NCBI GenBank assembly: GCA_040954595.2
Contig: CM082594.2
Location: 6,085,962-6,149,961, forward strand
Direction of reading: 5' to 3'
Source of the DNA: Balanoglossus misakiensis
Lineage: Eukaryota; Animalia; Hemichordata
Length of the DNA: 64,000 bases
The notes below the pieces were generated by a model that worked only from the letters and a program-made list of their open reading frames with translations, did no database searches and was not told the DNA's origin. Positions 1 to 14,488 of the stretch are shown piece after piece; position 1 is the stretch's first letter; the number at the start of each line of letters is the position of its first letter. The position numbers and the translations under genes were made by a program.

Positions 1-3000
1 ATTGAGTTATCTTTCAAGCAAGACACGAGATATGACCTGCTCTGATGATCCCAGAGGATTTTCGCTTCACAGCCTGCAGTTATGCCTGCTGTCAATCAGT
101 CGTGTCCTGACAAGTTCAGGCGACGGAACCCTCCCATGTCACTGAGCAGACGACAAGTTCCAGAATCGCGTACCGTGAAAATAACATCAAAACAAACCGA
201 TGCTCGTGTACTTTGGTCGTCGCCACACTAACTGATATCATTACTCACTCGCAGCAACTTTTGTGAACGACAATTATGGCGCGACATGACAGGTAATAAC
301 TGCTTTTATGAGAGCCCTCCCTCTGACAAGTGAGTTTGTTTGTGTAAGATTCATACAGAACAAACGCCATTTTGTAACCGACCGACCAAATGACTGTAAA
401 ACACTATTATCGAACAACGCAGATATATGTCTCTACTCAATCTCCATAACAACAGCGGATACAGGTCTAGAACACTGAGTTTCATTTATTTTCTTCTGAA
501 ATCCCATTTGAGCGATCTGTATTCAGTTAATTTACTCAAAAAATGAAACGACAGCTCGGCCCTGCCGCAAGGGCAGTGATTTGCCGAGTTTTCTTTCCAT
601 TAGGGATGTGTATATCATAATTGGCTCCGCAAAATATTAGGCGAGATTATTTCGTGTTTGCCATTATAATCAGACGTCACTGCAAATCATAACAACTTGT
701 CTTGCTTGCTAACGGTCGGAGCCAGGGGCACGTTTCAATTCAGTACAACATGCGCGGCAACTACAATCAGTTTAGGAACATAACTGCACCTTATCAGCGA
801 ATCAGTTTATCTTAATTCAAGCCAGCGCACAAGTGATTTTTGTCGTAAACTTTAGATTATATTTGTAAACTTCAGTTGATGGAAATTCGTAATCTGTCTG
901 TCTGCGTCTGTGCAGGGCATTCAAACCTTTGCTTCCACATGATGAAGCCATGTTGTATCCATATAATACATAATTGGTTTCGCGGCCATATTTGAGTGCA
1001 GCACCCGTTTATTGTATTGTTCAAACTTGCACACCTTCAATGGTGAGTAATACTTGAATCGCCACTCAAAGAACGTCTACATGAAATGATATTTTGTATG
1101 GGAAGAATTAGTGCTATATAATTCGTCTAGATCATTTGGGGGCTAAATACGATCACTGACAACATTCGGACATAAATATGAGAGTTAAGACTTATCAACG
1201 TGCGCATTTGCTTAAGAAATGTATCATTCATCATTTCATATCGAAATACAAAGTACGGACTATAAATTGATACTGAGCATATCAGGCGCAGGTACAGCGC
1301 TCAGAGATGCGAACTATTGATGAAATAGACGATGGTCTATTCGTATCAACTATTTGTTTAATTAAGGCATTGTTTTCCGCGTGATTTGGTCTGCTTTTGC
1401 TAAAATTTACTTCGGATGGCGTGTCGTCGCAAAATGTCGCTTGGGGCGATGTGTTTTCTTTTCACATACGCTTCTACTGCCCGGCGTTTTTTGTACGTGT
1501 CATTTGCTCGATATATGGAGGGGATTTTTTCCAACATTAATACCCACGCATGCTATCGCTAATAGTCTGAGCTTGCATTTTACCGAAGAATTTCGATTGC
1601 TTTTTTTTCTAAAAAGTCATATACCCGCAAGCATAGCATTTGTGAGCTGTGTGCTTCGCAACAGTTTGTCTCGATTTTTCTATAACGTTGAGGGCGCGTA
1701 ACATTACTGAGCCTGCGAAATTATTTGCCTTGTTTTGAACCAGCCAATTAATTCGCGTTGTAGCCAATAATGCATGAGTTTTTGTACATATAATATTTTA
1801 AACTCGTCTCTCCTTATTCAATTTTTTTTCAATGTTTGAACCTCACCATAAGATGTCTATTCCTAACAATTCCTTTTACATTTCAACACGCAGTTTTATA
1901 CGACCCGGTTTATCTGGCATTAAGATAAAAGCGACCGTTGACGGGGCAATAAAGTTATTACAAATCTCAAAGGCGTCCCTGATAACTTTGTGATACGTGT
2001 AACAAGTGCGAGACACGCGGTTTGAATTCGCTTAGGTATCCATTCTTCTCGTCTTCAGCTGCTCTGTCCGACGTCTCTCGATTCTTTCATCAACTAAAAA
2101 CAAATCGGCACTGTTCTCGAGGGTGCAAACTCCGTAAGCAGTGCAACCAACGGCGTTAGACTACTTTATACGTGCGTCAGCGATTCCCAGTGGTAGTGTG
2201 CGGCGGCTTCACTGCGCCTCGCAGCTTCAACGGCATAAAAACACCGCGCAGCCTTTAATTGGCCGTGCTGTCGACGGTTGAACTTGACCGGCGGCGGTTA
2301 TGGGCGCTCAACGCACCCCGTATCCTAATCTGTCCGCGTTCATTGACGCGTTCATTCATCACTTTGCTATCGGCGGACAGCGCTGATTCCAACCGAGAGT
2401 TGCCTAGATCTAGAGCGTCCTCGCCTAAGACTTTAAGGGTATTATTATTTCCCTATGGACTGGACACATCACGCCTCGCAAAAGCGGCTTATGCCCCACT
2501 CAGCTTACTGGGCAATCGATTGCGCATTTCAAATCCTCAACAACCTCAATTATGTAAACCCAGATTTTGATGTTTAACACGGTGCCCTCGATATTGCGAG
2601 CGTGCGCAGAAGACGCTAAGTTTAATCTACAAAGTGATATGGCGTATTGTTTTATCGAACTGAAGTAGTTTCTGGACTATTTTGGAACAATTTGATCCCG
2701 GTACTTGGTGATATTCTCATACATGTACAGAGCCACATTCCGTTATAGTAATGTTCACGCAATCATCTGCTACTTGAAGTTGCATGCAGGCGTCTCAGTG
2801 AATTTGATATTCAAAATGGCCGCCATTCTCCAGGTAAAGTTTACTACAGTAAAAATCTCGGAAAGCAGATAGCGAACACCCTTGAATTCTTACATTGTGC
2901 ACTTTCTCCCAAAACGGATGGATCCACTGGCTATTTTAAGGGAAAAGTAGACATTTTTTTTAAAGAATAACATATTTTTCTTCAAGAAAACATTTCCCTT

Positions 3001-6000
3001 AGCAACCTGCCTTCATTGACACTGCCATGTTTACACGAGACTACCTTGGGTAAACACGAAAAGTAAACATAACATCGCGCCTATATGAGGTTATACACAA
3101 CAGTTACCTACAAAACACAAAAAGAACAAGTCTCAGGAGTATGTTTGCACAGTTCGCTCAAGCAAGCCTTATATACCATACACTTTTAGAAGCGACAAAC
3201 TTATGTGTCCGCGTGGAATAATTTTTACTATAGATTTGAGTCTACAATACAATACCTACACATACAGACTTTAAATTGATTTCATCAAGCACACGATAAT
3301 GACGCCCATATAATTCTACAGCTCTCAAAATTGTCCATGGAAAGATAGAAATGATGGACTGAAAAACAAATCCCTCGAGGTGAAATTTTTGACACTGACC
3401 TAATTTCACCACAGCTTTAGAGGTTCGGGCACGGAAAAGTTCATGTGGCGTCTCTAAATCCGCCAATAAAAACGTCAACTCTTATTAAGTTGATAACTCA
3501 TTTTAAGACACCACGAATTAGATCTGCGGCACGAGTGAGGAATGCTGCGTCGGAGTTATGCGGCGTGTGGTAGGGTTCAAAGCGAACCACATAGTATATG
3601 TACTCGTAGTTCACCTCAATGCCAACATTGCCACCGCGGGCATGGCGTTAATGACCGCTGGGCGACCCGTGGGAATGGGATTGCGTGGTAACAGCTGTTG
3701 AGGAGAGGTCTCTCGTCAAGTGTGAAATTCAGAGTCGTTTTCCTAAATGTGCTTGCTAAAGCGATCCAATCCACATAAAAAACTACCCTGGTTAAGATTA
3801 AAACAAAATGGCGGCTTGTGACGTCAGAGAAACGCGATGATCGAGCTTGGGTAGTATTTAAAGCTTCCTTTGCGATCCTGCGGCCATGTTGATGAAGGGA
3901 TTTTAAGCGACTTGATAAAAAATGGGCAAAACCATGGATGACATTATAATTTCATGACATACCAAAATACACATTTTCCTGGACAACAGAACTAAATGAA
4001 CACACTTTTCGGACATCTCGAAAACAGCTATATGCATACAGGCAACAGCGGCCACATCTGCGCCTGGTTGCCATGGTAGTGCAAAGTTATGATCCTTGAG
4101 ATTGTTTTAACGTCACGGATGCCCTTTTCCCGGCAAGTCTCCGCAATCATATCACTGGCGTCACCCGAGCGACATTTCAGCCGCCCGTAAAAACCCCATG
4201 GGTTTGATAAATGAACATCGGAGGTTACAACGTGTTTCAATTAGTAGTCGAAGAGAATCTCGCCTGATACGTGAATGGAAACCGTCAAGAACGCGTCAGA
4301 CATTTTCGTCGATTCTCTGTGGAAAGATGGTCTCGTTGTGCACCAATTGCCGCCTATTAGTTCCCTAGTACCATTTTGTGACCGGAGATTTGTGAGTTAC
4401 ATTTCTTGCGGGAGTCCTTTGCAAAATGCAAGCCTTGAAAATAATGAAACGTCGAATTTTGTTTGAATAATACAAGGGTCACAGTTCCTGTTTTTGTCGG
4501 CAGGCTAGTCGTTGTCCTCCGAAATGGAAATCGATTGCCCACCGGTGACTAATATAAGAGCGCTCCACGTGTTATTTGTCTGACATAACGATCGACAAGG
4601 CTGTAGTTCGTGTAACACTTCTAATTTGAAATATAGTCGTAAAGGTTGCACATATGGAACCCAGCTTAATATTAAATTCCCCATAGATACGCGCTCATAA
4701 ACGCGAGAAAAATGATGTCGTACGATGGAGTGCTGTATGCTGCACAGACCACAATTTACTGGCTACGACGGTTTACGAGCTTCGGCGGCGGGCGGTCAGC
4801 TCAGGCTTCACATGGAAGCAGCCGGTCGTACATCTGTAACGACCCCGAAATCTAACGGGCGGTGATGGTGATAAAAAATTATACATGTTTGCGTTTTATT
4901 AATAAATGAAAAACAATCGATGCCGGGTTTGGGGTTTGAGTCAAAGTCGCAACCGCGGGAGCAACCTCGACGGATGACTGTAATCAAATATGAAAAGTAT
5001 AAAGATGTTGATAGGTTATGATTTAGTACAAAAAATCTCACGGTTTGTGATTTAATACAAAATCTGATTTTGCCGTCTTTAATGAGCAGCGGGGATAACA
5101 TGTCAAGCTGTAATGGTGAATGATTGCGTCTCTCGCGCCCTACAGCCCGAACAAATCACAAATCACGGCGAGCAAACAGAATACTTATCACTGTTGGGTT
5201 TGCAGTATACACGCATTACTACTGTACCCTTCAATGCACAAACTCCCACATGATACACTCGCAAAGATAACGCGTTTCCGTCTCGCCGTTTCAAGTCCAA
5301 GGTCAAGCCGACACACCCACATCTATCAAGTGTCATAAATGCATGGACGCACGATACGAGGTTTCACGAATTAATGGATTTTCTGAAGATATAGATGGGG
5401 AGCCTTCTGATCAGTACATCCTCGATATGAACAGCGCCTTTTCTAACAATGCCGCGTGAATGGCTGGCTTAGTAATCGACCTTGACATTGTGTAAAGTTA
5501 TGAGGCTATCGACGGATTAAAAAAATTGCTTGTTGATAAAAGAAGAGATTGATGGGGATTAAGTTTAATCCCCACGGACTGAGACACAAAACACAGCGAA
5601 TTTCAACCCCCGAGCTACTAACGCAGCCACTACACTGGTTACTCTATAGAAACTCCAGTCTTGTGCAGCCCAAAATATTGGGACTACAAAATCTAAATAT
5701 TTTGTCTCGGAAACAGTGCTACCACCTCGGCACATTCGCCATGCTTCCTACGCCTTAACGCCAGACTTGTAAAAATAATAAACTGGTCAGATAATTTGGC
5801 CATGGGAACCAAGCTTCAGATACACCACCTTTGACTCGGCACATCACACCCCAGCTTAACAGACCACGACAAAATACGTCGTTTTTCATAACACTAGAAT
5901 CAACGCGCCATAGAGAGGAAATGTCCTCAAATGGAAAATGTCTGGCTAATACATTATAAATAGCATTCCATCAAGATGTTTCTAAGCGAGTCACGTAGCG

Positions 6001-6542
6001 CTGTGTAAAAAAATTAAGTTGCCTATCAAAGTAATAAGAATTGATAAAATGCATAAAACCAAGATGAAAAGTACCCCCATGAGGAACTGACGAGAGTTTT
6101 GATAGCACGGGGGAGGTATAGCAATGAATCATTTATTCTCATAATCTTCACTTCACAGTTTTTGCATAATGGAGTGACTTGCCCATTTTTTGTGATGCAA
6201 GCTGTTCATTATACGATGGCTTTTTAAGACATAAGTTCTATCTACATGACTGATTTACCTCCCGGCTGTGGCCTATGTCACGTATTGAGAAGGTTTTTAC
6301 TGAAAGGGTTTCGTTTGCAACTCATCTGTCGTTTTTTGATCTGCAAAACTAATATTAGCTGTTGGTCGATTTTGCGTCAGCTTGCCACCCGTGATGTACT
6401 TAAAAGCGGATTTACGAAATCAAAAGTGCTATCGGTTTTGAATAGCGCTCATTAATTATCAAATCTACCGTAAGCCCTGGGAACTTACAATATATGTCGT
6501 CTGTGAAGACTGGGTTTTGTATTTTGAGGTCACTGAGACAGA

Positions 6543-6543
<1 letters not shown>

Positions 6544-6573
<30 letters not shown>

Positions 6574-6598
6574 ATTGGCGATGGCGATGATGATGATG
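6544..6598. repeat. Microsatellite (GTT)10 followed by a short (GAT)n
   Basis: Seen directly in the sequence. Confidence 0.95.
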
Positions 6599-7646
6599 GG
6601 CCCACGGTGATATTACATTACATCACATTGGAAGTAAACTCATTAGAGAAAACCGGTCGACAGATACGACTACTGGGGATTTACACTGCTCGGTTTTCAC
6701 GCATCTCAGCGGACGTGAAACGCAATATTCAGCCAGTAGCAGCCTCGACTTCATTAAAATCTAACTGCACAACCCAGCGGTCGGAAAAAAATCGCAGTAA
6801 AATGTCAATTAGCGACAAACAAAACCAGCACGTTATTGAGAGTGTCTGTCGGGCAGCTCCAACAATTCCACAGGCGCGATCAACATTAGACGCAATCATT
6901 GCAAGACTGATACTGATTTTGGTAAATATCTAATTCCCCCGGCTGTTCGTCGTTACGTTAACATCTTTCCGAACCATGTCTCTGACAATTTGATGGTTGT
7001 ATGTTATGTATCTGGCAGTATATATTACAGTGTCTCCCACGATTAGCCGTAGACTGTCACCCGAACGGAGCAAATCGATGTGTTATAATACGCGACTGAC
7101 ACTACATAATGACTGAGCTGATTGGCTGTGCACACACAACACCTTGCCACTGTCGGTACATTCGTAATGGGAGCACAAACAAGCAGAATTGGCTCGTGTC
7201 GATCTCAGGCTGCAATCTACAGGATACCTGTCTCGCACAGTTATGTAATTTACAGCGCAAGTGACAACTCAACCGTGTTTCAGGTTCTAAGAGAAGAATC
7301 TGCAGGTCATAACCCTATCAAAACAATATCCCATAAGCAAAAGACACCGCTTATGTCCCTTAAGATTGTACTTTAGTCATCCTCGAATACGCCCATTGAA
7401 ATCATCAACGGCAAGTAGACCAGAATCGTGACTCTGAGAAACTAACTCTGGAATAAGACTGAAATAATATTTAGGACAACAAAACACGGTTTCTTATAAT
7501 AATGGAAACTGCACGTTTCTATAGAATGGCGGTTTTGATGAGATTTCAATTATTAATGCACGACATACTTGTGTGAAGCAAATGGGCCAATTACTACGAT
7601 AAAAAGTTGTCTATTTATCATTCACCTACTCTGTGGAACAAGCTTC

Positions 7647-7713
7647 TTAGTCTCAGTTACCCAGACCCCTCTGCTTCTTCCGTTGGCAGAGGGGTCTGGG
7701 TAACCGAGACTAA
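7647..7713. mobile_element. Miniature hairpin (MITE-like) insertion
   Basis: 28-bp inverted arms TTAGTCTCAGTTACCCAGACCCCTCTGC (7647-7674) and GCAGAGGGGTCTGGGTAACCGAGACTAA (7686-7713) with 1 mismatch and an 11-nt loop. The ends are consistent with a TA or TTA/TAA target duplication. Confidence 0.75.
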
Positions 7714-8405
7714 CAAACGGTCAGAATACCCTCAGCGTGACAATGAGTCGAACGTTTCGTCACAGATCACTCAGTTAAACAGTGGCACATTAAACTTTAG
7801 CAGTCCCACATTTGGAAGACACGGACCTGATTTTGGATGTGATCGAGATAACAATCGCATGTTGACAACGCTGCCGGCAAGGCGGGGCGCTGTAAGGTCG
7901 CACGGGGTCAACGCACGTCGAAGTGTAGAATAACAAAAGCGCAATGTGGTCAAACGGAGGCGTCGCCGTTATTGGTGGATGCAATGTGTACAGCGGGGTA
8001 ACTCAGTTTTCTCGGTTGCTGTGGTGCGCGTCCGCTGCCCGGCAGCTGGGCCGTACGCGTGTTCTTTATGTGTTTACAGTGTCTGCAACAAGCTAGTTAC
8101 GATATATCAACGGTGTAATTAAAGAGTACTGCTTATACCCTACCTTCGAAGGTTTAGTGCAGACGTGATCTTCAGTAAAAAAAATAACGACACGGTGTTC
8201 ACTAATGAGGAACGGTTTTCTATTAAGACGTGTGCAATGTTTTGCGTGTGTGTCTTACACTATATCGCTATCTAAAGCTCTACATTCGAATAAACGGCAC
8301 AAACATTTGAGGAATGTCTGTACCTATACGTATAGGCCCTGTTGATTTACTGTGGTCCATGACAGGGGAACGGCCACGACTTATGACGGTCCGACGAACA
8401 TAAGA

Positions 8406-8411
8406 ACTTAC
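8406..8411 (-). other. 5' splice donor of exon A (GTAAGT)
   Basis: Plus strand ACTTAC at 8406-8411 reads GTAAGT on minus, immediately after the conserved IMPKSR. Confidence 0.9.
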
Positions 8412-9228
8412 TTCGGGATTTGGGCATGATTTTCTCTAGCAGGATATTCCTGAAGCTGTATTCCCGTTGTTCCTTCGATAGGTGCTCGTTGAACGTCTGA
8501 TCTTGATTGTCTTCCGGGTACTTGAGCTTCAGAGACGGGTCCGCGGCCCGGGCCTGTTCGATGGCCCTCAAGAACTCGGCTTTGAAGAAGGAACACTCCC
8601 GGAAGGGAACGCCGCCGCGCTGCTCGTTCTTGCGCATGATGGCGATCGTTCCGTAGTTGAAGTACATCAGCAGGCTGGTCATGGCCTCCGCGGCCTTGCT
8701 GTGGACGCCCTGCACCCGGGTCAGCATCTTGTACTCGGTCTCCTTGTTGGCGAAGGAGCGGCCGCCGGCGCCGGCCGTCAGCACGGGGATGTTCCAGTGG
8801 CTGGCCACGCGGATGACCGGCGCGGCGGCGTAGGAGCAGGGCGGGCCGAAGAAGGCGTCAATGTTGATGTCGTTGATGTCGTTGATGAGATCGACCACCT
8901 GCCGCATGGTGACGAACGAATAGCACTGGGTATCCTCCACCTGCATGGTGATATTGCTGTTCGGCAGCAAATCCTGGTCGAGGTTGACCTTGTCGATGGC
9001 GATTTGCAGACTTGGTCCCACCATCTCCAGACGGTAAGGGAACATGCTGACCAAGCCGTACCAGCGCTCGCTGTCGCTGGCCGGCAGAAGAGCGCCGACG
9101 CGAAGGTTCAAGACCTGGTCCTCATCCACGTAAAACGCGTTCGCGTTGCACAGTAAGTTCGCTAACACTAACAAGGGTATGCCGTTAGACCTCGTGGACA
9201 CAAGGGTAAACATGCTGAATAGATACAT
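8412..9228 (-). CDS. First coding exon 'A' of a natriuretic peptide receptor-like / receptor guanylyl cyclase (signal peptide + N-terminal ANF_receptor ligand-binding region); gene continues beyond the window
   Basis: ATG at 9228 followed by a hydrophobic signal-like segment (IPLLVLANLLCNANA). Family motifs: PYRLEMVGP-IAI-KVN-LLP, D-x-x-C, DAFFGPPCSYAAAPVIRVASHWNIPVLTAGA, EYKMLTR, RECSFF. Strong GC3 bias. The exon ends CCC AAA TCC CGA A|GTAAGT (intron starts at 8411, phase 1), matching the exon-1 boundary of vertebrate NPR1 (MPRKGR|V). The ORF-track tail SKFLCSS… is intron read-through. Confidence 0.93.
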
Positions 9229-9739
9229 CCTATCGTACCTTCATGTACGGTTAGTAGAGTGTTGTTCTCTCACTGTATTGCTGAGTCAAAGCACTTCTGC
9301 CAAATACATAATACATGTACATACATTATCTGCGGCGGAAAAGCGACCGTCAGCGGTCGTCACTCCACGGAGAGCATGGCACAGAAATTTCTTCTCGTCA
9401 CAGTAACAATGGCATGGTCTGTTATTCACTGCAGTTTTTTTCTGATTCAAGGGGTTAAGTGTCCATCATCCGTGACAGGCCCGCAACGCATTGCTTCGTG
9501 TACACGCACCCCGTTAAGTTTTATCGCTAAGGCAAACGACAACCTACTTGCGAAGAAGGCGCATGTGCAGTTGCGGTTGCCAATCGCGATCGTCCCCACT
9601 TGGAACCTGGATCATTCCACTGGGCTGGCGAGCTGGAGGTGTAGTGACCCGACTCTGCTGTCGTGACGGATTCGCGGCGTTTCAGTCATTTGTGCAAAAG
9701 CACCACGCGCAGTAGTCGATGATAGATCACACTCGGAAA

Positions 9740-9800
9740 GCAGTCATGGCTGACCTGAAGCGCGACAGGGCATTATGTATATACATACGCCCTGGACGCT
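9740..9800 (-). promoter_or_regulatory. Candidate core promoter for exon A
   Basis: Palindromic TATGTATATACATA (9774-9787, contains TATATA) lies about 30 nt upstream of an Inr-like TCAGCC on the minus strand, at the edge of a CpG-rich stretch about 550 bp upstream of the ATG. Motif-based only. Confidence 0.3.
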
Positions 9801-12800
9801 TTCAAAATAAAAGTGGACTAAAAACAGAAAATGTTTTATGTCCGGCGTTCGGACAACGGACGAAGATTTCTTTCTTCAATTTTTTTATTCTGTCTGGAAT
9901 TTAATTGAACCTGTCGATATCTTCTCGACTAACGGATATGGCATGGTGATATTACGGACATGTTTATAAGGCGAATCCAAATAATTTGCCAATTTAACGC
10001 CGTTTTCAACTTTTATGCCACAATTTACACCCACCGCCCTAACCAAGTCTCTGATAGCAACATAACGCCTTCTGCACGCCATCTTCTCAGCTGGTAACAG
10101 TCGTCCTGCTTCGACCATGATTGCAAAATTATAAGAGCCGGCACAGTTAAACCATTTTTTTAAACTAGGCAAATAAAATTACCACGAGAAGTCACCTTAA
10201 TTGACATAGTCAAATATGCACAGCAGAATAAAAAGAACCTGTAATGTAATTTGCTTCGGTTCAATGGATGCGGGGAGTAAATTTAAAGATTTTTTTTCTT
10301 AATTCCGGTGTGATGTTTACTTTGCTGATTACTGTATTTCATATCACAGTTGAAATCACGTGATTTGGTGAGGATCGCGGCGGCTGCGCGCGCAATGTGC
10401 CACGAGCATCGCCATACTCAAATGTTGCTTTAAATTTGGTATTGCAAATGGCTACACCTCTTGTAAACTACGGGCGGGCAAACGAACTAAATCGAGCTTC
10501 CAACAAAGCGGAAATGGGAACAAAAGAGAACTGAAGAAGAAACCATGCCGTTTAGCAAACATTGCTTCGGGCAAAGTCTGGCTTGTAAAGAAATCCGTGT
10601 CTGATAACTGAACATGAATAGTTCATATATGTCGCATGATTAGTTGATCTTCGGATACTCATCAACGTTGACATTTGGACAATTGCGTTTTCCAAGACAA
10701 GCAGATGGTTTTGCAGGCGACAATCTCAGCTTACAGTATCTATTTCCCTCTTGTCTTTTCCCCTCGAATGAACCTCACTGAGATTTACTTATAAATATGC
10801 GATGAATCTGGTGTATGCGATTTAAAAAAAAACGTGTGGGATGGCGCATTCTGACCAGTTATACAAACGTATGGAATTTTTACATCTGCATCGACAAAGG
10901 ACACTGACGACAAAATCAGATTTCAATTCGGTAATTCAATCAGCATGTCTGTAGATGTATCCCCTGATCACCGCTATTGACGCGATGAAAGAAAGGAGAG
11001 AATTAATCTATGTACCTATAGTTTGAATTCGAATTCAGCTGAACGTTTACTGAACATTCGTGCGCTGGCTTTCCTCCCTCTGGGTGTGTGTATAGAAATG
11101 CAAGCGGGTGATGGCTCGAAGCGAGGATACGTGGATTCTTCTTAGGGGATTACACCGTGTAATCTTAGCTTTATCGCGGCCACGTTAACAAACACGCAAG
11201 AGTTCTTCAATTTCCTTTCTGTTTAATCCGGGGACTGGGTGAAAAATCGCTCCGAACGACAGCTGGCCGTTTTGTTCAGTTTCGTGGTTACGGCGATCAG
11301 GACTGAAATGGGCGATACGCGGTCGGCAGAATTGACATCCTCTAGCACGCTGACGTAAATTGCATCCATTTCGAACACCTGTAATCTCATCGAATCGATT
11401 CAGGAACACAAAAAAGGTTGTCACCGAGAGTGTCCCTGCTAAATAAAGATACACCACACTACTCGACCGATACTTATCGTGACCGCAGCAAGAGTCATTC
11501 GAGCGCTGTACATGTGTACCAAAATTCTAAACTTTCAAAGCACAGTCTTTTTGAAAAAATCACATTTTCTAGTACTAAACATATCTATTCTGTATAAGTT
11601 TTGATGCATGCCTCACAGTTTAATATCTTTCGAAATTAGCCAAAAACAACAACTTGTCCGTGTATTAATTACAAAGAACAACGACTTATAAATCTCTATC
11701 GGCTCTCACTTTTGTGCAAAATGACACATGACTTAATTCAGATGTGCAGGCTAGGCATGTCATTGGGAACTGCGAGTAACACCAAAAGTTGTATCTATCG
11801 TGCCGTGATGTAATTACAGCGACGAGCGTGAACGGCCTAACTTTCTCGCCAGTACATTAAGTTATATGGCGGGGAGATGCGACAAAAGTCTGGGAATAAT
11901 ATCGAGGAGGTGCATTCAAATGATAATTGGGTGAACTCGTAATCCCATCTTTAATTTGATTCTTGCCGAATCGATAGTGCTTCACTCCCGAGTTTTTTAT
12001 TCCCTCGTTACGTCCACCATTTCATTAGTATAGGAAGCGCCAAATCCCGCTGTGAAATCGAAGGTCTCGCGTGCGTAGCCGGTGCTGTGGTTTTTATGAA
12101 GAGTTTATGGACGGTTTGCCGGATATTAACGCGAGACCCGGTGTGCGCTTTCCGGTTCCGCCGCCGCACTCGCCTTTAATGGCGCAGAGTTTCTGGCTCT
12201 CCCTGCTGCCACCCCGCGTCGGATGGAGTTGAAAAGAGGCTGGCATAAATAACGGTTTAATACCCAAGGCTTTCGTATTATATAAATTTTACTACCTTTT
12301 TTAATTGAAATAATTCCCAAAAGTTTACAGTGTCCCCTTTCTGTTCTTATAGTCGTTATAACGACCGCCGCGAGAACACAGATATGATGATTCTGGAGAG
12401 GGGAATTCGGCGGCGACAAGAGGGACCTTGACATGCAGACGAACTATTGATGTAAGCATTGTAGTCAGGCGGACCGAGCAGAGAGATTGCGGTTTTACAT
12501 GAATAAGGAAAACAGTCCTCGTGTTTACTCACCAAAGCTATTGAACATGTTGATGTAAGGACAACATATGTCGGAAAAATATGCTCGCGTCCAATATTTT
12601 GAGGATATTCGGCATTTTGATGGAAGCGCATATTAGCCTAGTATAAAAAGTATGCAGTTAAAGGGTTTATTGTCCTATCTGTGGGTGCAGTTTCTCCTTA
12701 CATTGAAAAAAACCTGCTCACCAAGCAAACATTAAACAGGCGTAAATGATGAGTGCCGTGTGCGTTGCAGTATAAACGAAGCGGCATATAATCGGAAACA

Positions 12801-14474
12801 TAAACCAGAAAATGAAATAGTGAGTCTAGGTGATAGCACAGGATTAAAACTCAACACTCAAATCACGAACATGCTGTATTTGCGCAAGATGTTTTACGAT
12901 CGTAGTCTAGAAAAAAATATATGTTGGAAACACAAACCACAGAAATGGTACACGTAAGCCAGTATCACCGATTATCGTCCTGCTGTCATGTGACCTCAAA
13001 TTGTCATCTCCAATTTTACACCAAGCAAATATTCCTCAATAACCCATTTTCTGGTAAATCCGATTGGGATATTCTTTGCTTAAATCACCTTGCTCGTATA
13101 TAACTGGCGGATAAAATATGTCTCGCATGTAGTGGGATTGAAAACAAGGACTTGCGCAGAGCAAATACAAAATGGACGTCGACCTTCGGTAAGAAGGACG
13201 CCCTTTGATAAAAACTTTAAATGACAAAGTACACTCTGAAATACTAGGTAAACATAAAGTTCACGTAGACCATTTCAGCCAGCAATAACACTCCTTGACA
13301 ACGACTCGAGGAATGTGCAAAACCCCTATTTTTATTGCACTCCACTGACTTCTCTAATAGAATTGAAATCGTTAACTGGCTGCCCGGCTAATTCGCAAAC
13401 AAATAACGACGTCCCTAAGAGGAATGGTCCTCCTAAATATTGATCTTAGCCAACTTCATTTGGATGTTGCTAGACCAAGTCAGAAATGCCATTGAACGGA
13501 GGTACATGTATGCCGCGCCCGCGTACCCAAAACAACACTGGGCACGATCAAGGCCAGCTGTAGTTCGCGCGGAAGTGATTAAGTTAAATGTCGAAATAGC
13601 TGTTCTTGTGCAGTGATCACAACAACGTTTATCCCCCTTCCGTTCCCTCCTGTCATTTCCCCTCCCCTTCCTTCTCCCTGTCCTCAATGTCAATTCCATT
13701 ATCACAAATCATTGGTATAATGCTACAGTTTATAACGGTGGAGCTGCACCTATCAATAAACGACAGGGCACGAGAGGTGAATGTCTCTGGGCGAGGAAAA
13801 CAAATGAATGCTCGTATGGTGATCGTTCTCTTGGGACTGACTGCATATGCAATGCGACACAGATCTAGTGACAGGCACGAGATAACATTTGAAAACTTTT
13901 TCGAGTTTGAAATAAAATCCGACAGAAATCCCCCCTTACTGAGACAGACAGACAGTCATTTCAAGACCAAACAGCGGACCACTCGCCCAGTCTTCACTAC
14001 TCGTATGAATATCCTTGTTCTTGAAAACGCCGAGTTGGCAGAAACATTTAAATTCAATTCTAGGGTTGTTTCTTGTTACAAGGAAAAGTAAATGCGCACC
14101 TCTGGGCAAGAACTAGCTCTGCTGTGTCCCCTGAGCCCACCGCTGAAAATTGGGTTCATTTCAAAGACTTAATCTCATAAATCATTACGTGTACATAAAC
14201 TCCGCTGTACCAGCAATACTGTCAAACGCATCTGTTTGGGCCCTGGCCTGCCCTAAGCTATAATATGCAAAAATATACATTTCACATATCTATAAATTTC
14301 TTCGTTTTACATTTCGCGTAGATAATATAGTTTTATGTCCCTTTCAGTTGCCTTTATTTGATTAATGGTTTGGAAATGATTTTATTATCATTTGTAGCTG
14401 ATCGAGTTTGTGTATTTTATACTGGCGCCATTTTTGCTGGAGATGTTTGCTGCTCACGACGAAAAAATAACGAT

Positions 14475-14488
14475 GGTGGTGGTGGTGG

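Noticed and set aside
1-8400. Searched for the shared exon 2 downstream of exon A, including ORF 3242-3478 and the GC-rich block 2140-2420
   Set aside because: No V/I-x-x-x-C NPR exon-2 sequence or coding-like bias found by eye. A small diverged exon could have been missed.
8482-9156. 224-aa plus-strand ORF, and similar antisense or alternate-frame ORFs at 39532-40134, 41952-42437, 41878-42396 and 39788-40090
   Set aside because: Shadow ORFs produced by the high GC3 of the receptor exons. They overlap the real exons and show no recognisable motifs.
14040-14160. Faint SINE-like fragment (CTGGGCAAG…CCCACCGCTGAAAATTGGGT)
   Set aside because: Too degenerate, with no clear A/B boxes or tail.
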